Below are positions 58,313-64,000 of a stretch of DNA of 64,000 nt, one piece after another. The translations under genes were made by a program, and so were the position numbers. The notes below the pieces were generated by a model, which saw nothing but the letters and a program-made list of their open reading frames with translations, did not search any database and was not told the DNA's origin. Numbering within the stretch: position 1 is the first letter of the stretch; each line of letters begins with the position of its first letter. Source of the DNA: an uncultured Nitrososphaeraceae archaeon. GTDB taxonomy: Archaea; Thermoproteota; Nitrososphaeria; Nitrososphaerales; Nitrososphaeraceae. Location: contig CAWIMJ010000017.1 in the NCBI GenBank assembly GCA_963837175.1, forward strand, positions 1 to 64,000, given 5' to 3'.

Positions 58313-58440
58313 GTCAGTTTGTTTGCTTCTTTTTGTGTTATGAATTATAATAATATATTTCGAATAGTATAAAGACAATAAAGACACAGAAACTTTTATT
58401 TCCATAGTAATAGTTATTTGTCCTTCTCTACACGGAAAAC

Positions 58441-58495
58441 ACTTACAACGTGTGACTGCTGACACATGTGACAGAGTCAGTCACACGCTGTAAGT
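58441..58495. repeat. 55-bp palindrome/hairpin
   Basis: ACTTACAACGTGTGACTG ... CAGTCACACGCTGTAAGT, 17 of 18 arm positions complementary. Confidence 0.85.
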
Positions 58496-58505
58496 AAATT
58501 GCACC

Positions 58506-58757
58506 CTAAGCAAGACGTCTATCAAATGTTCTTCTGCATGGTATTTTGGATAGTCCACATCCTTTCATTACCTTTTTGTTATATGATAGATCCATTGCAA
58601 GGTATTCATGTAATGCTCTGTTCGAATCTAATCTAAACCAGATACGTACTACAAAACATCTCAAAATAACAGTGGAAGAATAGACATATGGTCTGCCACA
58701 TTTCTTATTTTTTCTCCTATCATGTTTCGACCACGATATCAAGCCAATCAAATACAA
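58506..58757 (-). mobile_element. Transposase N-terminal fragment (IS4/IS5-like superfamily)
   Basis: GRPYVYS..VIL.CFVV.IW.RL.SNRALH.YL...CGL..IP.RRTFDRRL then stop; DDE domain absent. Confidence 0.65.
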
Positions 58758-58998
58758 AATACTAATTAGAATAGATCTAGATCTCTTATGTGCTAGTTTG
58801 TTGGCGAGGATGATTGTCTTTCACCAAAATATCATACTCCAATAGACTAGCTTTATTGCTTATGAAAATGAAATAATTATGACCCAGCCTCAATTAGTTA
58901 CTTCTTGTATAGTAATTCTCTTCACTGTGTATTTAGAGGCCATGTTGTAGCACACCTAAGTCTAGCTCTAATCGAATATATCCTTATTTTGGGCTTTT

Positions 58999-60717
58999 AT
59001 GATAATAACTTATCATCTTAATGTTGAAATACATCCTCCAATATACATAATCATGTTAAAGTACGATGGCACTAATGCTTTTAGATTGATACGTTCTAAA
59101 ATAGGCTTAAAAATAGGAATATTAATTGTTATTCAAATTATTTTCATTATTAGCAGTTTTAGTGTACTCTCTTACTATGAATCACAGGGAACTTATTTAG
59201 GAAATTCAATAAATATTGCAGGAAAGAATCGATACCTCACCTCTAATCTCATGCTTCATATGTCAGAATATTTTTTAGCGGATAGTAGTGATGTTTCTAA
59301 AGTCGATCATATATCTAAAATCAACTCTGCAGTACAGCAATTGGAATCAAACATCTTGGCATTAAGACAAGGTGGAAAGGTATCAGATGTAGATCTAAAA
59401 CCGTTGCCATTAGAATTTTTTGATGATTGGAATATAATTTATCAGAAATGGGTTTTACTAAAAACAATCTTAACAAACAATATAATCAAACCAAATGAAA
59501 AAATTAATCCAACAGCAGCAACAGCAACATCAACAACAACAGAACCAATAGACAAAGCTATAAAAACAACATTAGAAACAAGAGCATTATCTTTAGTAGA
59601 TTCATCAAATGCATTGGTTACAAAGTTAGGAGAGTATGCAAGAAATAGTTCGCAGAACTCAATGTTTCTGCAAACAATTTTTGCGATTTTAAATATTGCA
59701 GTTGCTGCTGTTGTGCTTTACCTTGTTATGAAGATATTAAAACCAATATTTGCTCTAACTACTGCAACGTCTGAAGTAAGGAGAGGAAATCTTGAAGTAT
59801 CAGTTAAAAGCAGAGGTAATGATGAACTTTCAGTTCTAAGTGAGTCCTTCAATTCTATGGTGAACTCTATAAAGAACTATATCAAAAAACAAAATGAATT
59901 AACAAAGAAACTGGAAAATGCAAACGAAGAACTAAAACATAAAGATCAATTAAAGGACGAATTTATAAATGTGGCGGCACATGAACTGCGAACCCCTATA
60001 CAGCCTATACTTACACTATCTGAATTCCTGATATGCAGAAAGAGAGAAACAAACAATAGTAATAACAAGGCCATTATAAATATAGAAAAAGAAGAGGAAT
60101 TTCTAGATGTTATTTCTAGAAACGCAAAAAGATTGCGGCAACTAACAGAAGATATATTAGATGTTTCAAAAATTGAAAGTGGATCTCTAATTTTAAATAA
60201 AGAAAAATTTGATATAAATGAAAAAATATCAAATATTATAAAAGATGTAGAAAAGCAAATCTCCAATTCTAATAAATTAAAAATATTATTTGTAGAACCA
60301 ACGGAGGCTATATTTGTAGAAGCAGATAAAGTAAGAATATATCAAGTTATTACAAATCTACTAAATAATGCTATAAAATTCACTAAAGGGGAAACTATAT
60401 CGGTATCTGCAAAAGTGACACAACAACAAAAAGATAAGAATAAAGAAAAAGAAGGAAGAGATTATAGTGATCGTGATGATGGTAGTAGCACTAGACAAGT
60501 TATAGTAAGTGTAAAAGATGGTGGAATAGGAATAGATCCTGAAATTCAACCAAGGCTATTTACAAAGTTTACTACTAAATCACAGACAGGCGGTACTGGT
60601 TTAGGATTATTTATTTCCAAGAATATAATCGAAAAACATGATGGCAAAATATGGGCTGAAAATAGTGCTGATGGAAAAGGAGCTACCTTTAGTTTTTGTT
60701 TACCAATCAAAAGATGA
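58999..60717 (+). CDS. Sensor histidine kinase with NarX/PilJ-like sensor and HAMP domain
   Basis: TM1, SINIAGKNRYL, TM2, HAMP (DELSVLSESFNSMV), H-box AAHELRTPIQPI, N-box NLLNNAIKF, DGGIGI, GTGLGLFI. Confidence 0.92.
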   Translation: MIITYHLNVEIHPPIYIIMLKYDGTNAFRLIRSKIGLKIGILIVIQIIFIISSFSVLSYYESQGTYLGNSINIAGKNRYLTSNLMLHMSEYFLADSSDVSKVDHISKINSAVQQLESNILALRQGGKVSDVDLKPLPLEFFDDWNIIYQKWVLLKTILTNNIIKPNEKINPTAATATSTTTEPIDKAIKTTLETRALSLVDSSNALVTKLGEYARNSSQNSMFLQTIFAILNIAVAAVVLYLVMKILKPIFALTTATSEVRRGNLEVSVKSRGNDELSVLSESFNSMVNSIKNYIKKQNELTKKLENANEELKHKDQLKDEFINVAAHELRTPIQPILTLSEFLICRKRETNNSNNKAIINIEKEEEFLDVISRNAKRLRQLTEDILDVSKIESGSLILNKEKFDINEKISNIIKDVEKQISNSNKLKILFVEPTEAIFVEADKVRIYQVITNLLNNAIKFTKGETISVSAKVTQQQKDKNKEKEGRDYSDRDDGSSTRQVIVSVKDGGIGIDPEIQPRLFTKFTTKSQTGGTGLGLFISKNIIEKHDGKIWAENSADGKGATFSFCLPIKR

Positions 60718-61051
60718 ATAACAAGAAATTCTCCTACTTTTGCAAAAAAGATGTTATATAGATTTCTGAGATATTTAGTTCACCTTCGTCCTCAGTCTTT
60801 GTATTCTGAGAATGTATTTCTATAGATAGGATGAATACTGGATGGCAAAATAGAGTCAATTCTGTCCTACATCCCATCGAACCCCATTATCCTCTATTAC
60901 ATGTATACGGATTAATATTTTAGCAATAAAAGATAATTAAAGAATTAATCGAAAAGTTATACTTAAAATAATAGTCAACCAACCAGTCAGCCTAATTTCT
61001 GATTGAATGAAATTAATACTTCTTATTCTTATTCTTCTTCTTAGTCAAAAA

Positions 61052-61312
61052 CTACGTTTCTTTACTCCCTTTTTTCCCTGCTGTTTTTCTAGAATCTAGG
61101 ATTTCTTTTACAATAGGTTTTAACTGTTCAATATTTTCAGAAATCTTTGTTTTCCTCAATACATCAACTGGTATTCCACTCTTCCTTGCAATTCTGATAT
61201 TATTTAGTCCTGATTCATTTAGCTCAGGCTTTGAAAAACCTCTACCTTTTCTGACTAACTCTATATTTCTAATTGGACGTTTGACAATTGGCTTGTTTAT
61301 TTGCACTTTCAT
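61052..61312 (-). CDS. rpl13e: Ribosomal protein L13e (archaeal short form)
   Basis: PIVK...RKGRGFS..EL.E.GL...ARK.GIPVD..RKT...ENIE.LK. Confidence 0.8.
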   Translation of the reverse strand: MKVQINKPIVKRPIRNIELVRKGRGFSKPELNESGLNNIRIARKSGIPVDVLRKTKISENIEQLKPIVKEILDSRKTAGKKGSKET

Positions 61313-61486
61313 ATTGTATTAATTGTACATGAGTAAATAAATGATTATCAGAATTTGTGTTCAACATTAGAGTGAATTGATATCATTATTGCGATTTATT
61401 CAAATAAGCGATTCAGAAGACTTAAGCAATTTCAGTCGAAATGAGTCTGATTGATTAATGAGGAAATATTGACATGAAAGAAATAA

Positions 61487-61549
61487 CTAAATAACAGGAA
61501 ATCATCAGGACCCGTGTATATGCAGGGACCTAATCCCACCGAACCTGCA
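61487..61549 (+). repeat. Second copy of the ~60-bp dispersed repeat (see 26486-26548)
   Basis: Shared core TGCAGGGACCTAATCCCAC. Confidence 0.85.
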
Positions 61550-61660
61550 TAAATCTTCTCTTTATCTTAGTAACATACTTCTAAGAACGGAAATCGACGC
61601 TACTTTTGGTTGTTGCCTTTCTATTAAAGATCTAATGTATATACTCTTCCTATTTTTGTC

Positions 61661-62459
61661 TTAGCTTAAGAATGTACGTAATTTTTCATATACCAATGCA
61701 GTCCTCTCAACAAATGGTGCATGACCCGTATCTTTTATTATTAGATTTTGAGTTTCGGATCCTGAGAGATTCTGTTTGAACTTCTCACAATATTCAATTG
61801 GTATTAGACTATCCTTTTCACCCCATATTAACAAACAAGGAACATCTTGAATCTGCTGGAATCCTTCTAGTTCAATATGTGTTCTTGTACTGTTCTCATA
61901 GGCTCTTTTAAACGCATTCCTTGCGCCTTCTTTTATAATTGTTTCAACAAATTTGTCAACTACGATAGGAGGCATGAAGGAAGGGTGTGCATATATAGCA
62001 CCTAATACTTTTTTCAATTTCTTGTATCTTAATACTGGCTCCATTTCCATTGCAGCATCCAAATACTGTTCCAGCAATGGGGTGGGTTTTTCAAGCAAGC
62101 CTGAGGAATCTATCAATACAATCTTTTCTATCGTCCTTCTATTCTCTATGGCAAATTGTGCTGCTATATAGCCTCCTAATGAGTGGCCCACTATACTTAT
62201 TTTCTCATTTTCCCCAATCTTAATTTCTTCTTTAAGGAAATTAGCAATGAATTTGCTAAATCCTTTGATTGTATAGTCTCCCTCCACTGGCATATCGCTT
62301 TCGCCAAAGCCTATCAAATCAACATTTATAGTATGAAAATAGTTTGACAATGCAGACTGGAATATCCCTCCAAGCAAGAGACGATGCTCCAAGGCCATGA
62401 ACAAATAGTACATGCTTGTTATTTGTGTTCTTTCCGTATTCGGTATATTTAATTGGCAT
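61661..62459 (-). pseudogene. Alpha/beta-fold hydrolase, frameshift near N-terminus
   Basis: [18 protein letters not shown] in one frame; [35 protein letters not shown] in ORF 61661-62413. Confidence 0.85.
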
Positions 62460-62865
62460 TCTCAAAGAATACCAAAATTTGTGTATTTTCCTTATTATAA
62501 TTATCTATATAGTTGTGGTGAAAAATGATGATTGATATTATTTATGTAAAGACTGTTACTTTATGCCTTTCTATAACTCTTGTTAGATCAGCAACGATTA
62601 ATTGGTAGCGTCATCATTATATCGACATGAATCCCAGCAAACAAAGACTACGAACTGAGGGTTCGAATCCGACCCGGCCCATTGAACTTTTTTCATGAAA
62701 TAACTAAATAGAATGAACCCCTTTACCACAAGGGATATAATCCCGCCCAGTCCACTTAACCAAAGGCAAGTAAAAAGCAGTCTATTTTTAGATTCAAATT
62801 AGAAAAAAAGTTGACCTTGCGGTGATACATTTGAATTCCAAAAAGAGATCAATAGTTGAGCATAC

Positions 62866-63858
62866 CTAATAGGAATTATTGGATACATCACTTATTCTTA
62901 TGGGTTCTGGAGGAATTTTAGGTCTCCAGTTGTTTATCTCATCTAAATTCTTTGGTGGTAGTAACAAACTAAGAAGATTTATTGATTGAAAATTCTGTCC
63001 TTGTTGTTGTGGTTGTTGTGGAGGTGAAGGAGAAGAAGAATAAGGACGATAATTTTGGAAGTTATTTTGAGCAATAAATGTGCTATTACCGATTAAAGAA
63101 GTTGGCCTATCAGTAGCCATATTATTATTGCTATTCACAGGTAAAGGCAGATCTGGAGACGAAAGTTGATTTAGAGCTTGCCTAATCTTTACTGTCTGAC
63201 GTACTTTTTTCAAATTCTGATCCAGAAAATTGTCATTTCCACTATTGATACATTCCACAGCCAACATTTGTAATATATTACATATTTCTTGATGAGGAGA
63301 ATATGGAGTTAATAACATTTTGATCTCTGCAATTTTTGTTATTCTTTCTTGAAATTCTTCGAAGGGGTCAGACTGTTTTGTATGAGATGATTTGTCGGCG
63401 GATATTGATGATAGTGATTGCAAAAATGGATTGGTGCGATATTGAGGTGGTCCTTTCTTTGAAATATATTTATACACATTATTGTTATGCCTGATTGGTT
63501 GTCCTAAAGTTCCACAGCCTAACTTATCTCTTGTCTGGTCTGGAATGGTTGTAAATCCACCGTTACCACTCTCACCACGAAGACCATTATTGTTATTATT
63601 ATTGTTGCCAATAAATGGGCTGCTGCTATTGTCGTCGTTTTTGTTATGCCACCATTTTCTACTAATTCTTGTTGATGAATTATTATTATTAGCAGATAAT
63701 GCTGTTGGAAATTGACCATTTATTCTTCCAATTACGTATTCTAGGACCCGAACAATTATTCCATTCCCATAGTGAAAATGATTATTATGTCTATTGGCGC
63801 TGTAAATCCTGGTGAAATCCTGTCCACATGTTGCGCAGACCCAATTAACTTTGCTCAT
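62866..63858 (-). CDS. Hypothetical protein with N-terminal C2H2-like zinc finger and low-complexity tracts
   Basis: WVCATCGQDFTR..SA.RH...FH; poly-N, poly-S and Q/P-rich segments. Confidence 0.65.
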   Translation of the reverse strand: MSKVNWVCATCGQDFTRIYSANRHNNHFHYGNGIIVRVLEYVIGRINGQFPTALSANNNNSSTRISRKWWHNKNDDNSSSPFIGNNNNNNNGLRGESGNGGFTTIPDQTRDKLGCGTLGQPIRHNNNVYKYISKKGPPQYRTNPFLQSLSSISADKSSHTKQSDPFEEFQERITKIAEIKMLLTPYSPHQEICNILQMLAVECINSGNDNFLDQNLKKVRQTVKIRQALNQLSSPDLPLPVNSNNNMATDRPTSLIGNSTFIAQNNFQNYRPYSSSPSPPQQPQQQGQNFQSINLLSLLLPPKNLDEINNWRPKIPPEPIRISDVSNNSY

Positions 63859-64000
63859 TGTAATTTATCCCATAGATATCAATGCTCTTTGTTTTTAAGA
63901 CTTGTTATTTTTTCAATTCATTTTTTTGAATTTATAATAGCTTAATCGAGTGCAGCACTGTGCTGCAATTTATAATATTAATCACTAATAAAAATATTCT

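Larger units (their letters stand above)
54263..62683 (+). mobile_element. Decayed integrated element at tRNA-Val, ~8.4 kb
   Basis: Exact 24-bp direct repeat GGTTCGAATCCGACCCGGCCCATT at 54263-54286 and 62660-62683; integrase remnant next to the tRNA. Confidence 0.8.

Noticed and set aside
1-64000. CRISPR array or cas genes
   Set aside because: No regularly spaced repeat-spacer units and no Cas motifs seen; the repeats found are irregularly dispersed

Overview
AT-rich archaeal DNA. TFB, CDC48, aIF-1A, NusA-like, XPB-Bax1, intron-containing tRNAs, F420-type oxidoreductases and poly-Asn insertions point to an ammonia-oxidising archaeon of the Nitrososphaeraceae (inference). About 1-25 kb is mostly housekeeping, including a Hef-like helicase / small ORF / XPB / Bax1 DNA-repair cluster. 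About 25-64 kb is an accessory mosaic around three tRNA genes: Leu-CAG (two introns), Arg-CCT (D-loop intron) and Val-GAC. It holds a decayed ~8.4 kb integrated element at tRNA-Val (24-bp att duplication plus integrase remnant), IS remnants, gene fragments and GC-rich single-gene bacterial imports. The most striking unexplained structure is a dozen or so dispersed tRNA-3'-end-derived, att-like sites. Several occur as direct or inverted pairs with shared non-tRNA flanks that bracket individual accessory genes, which suggests a tRNA-att-based cassette-shuffling system. Many genes are frameshifted, often at simple repeats; this may be real decay or long-read assembly error. All protein calls come from motif recognition by eye; no searches were run.
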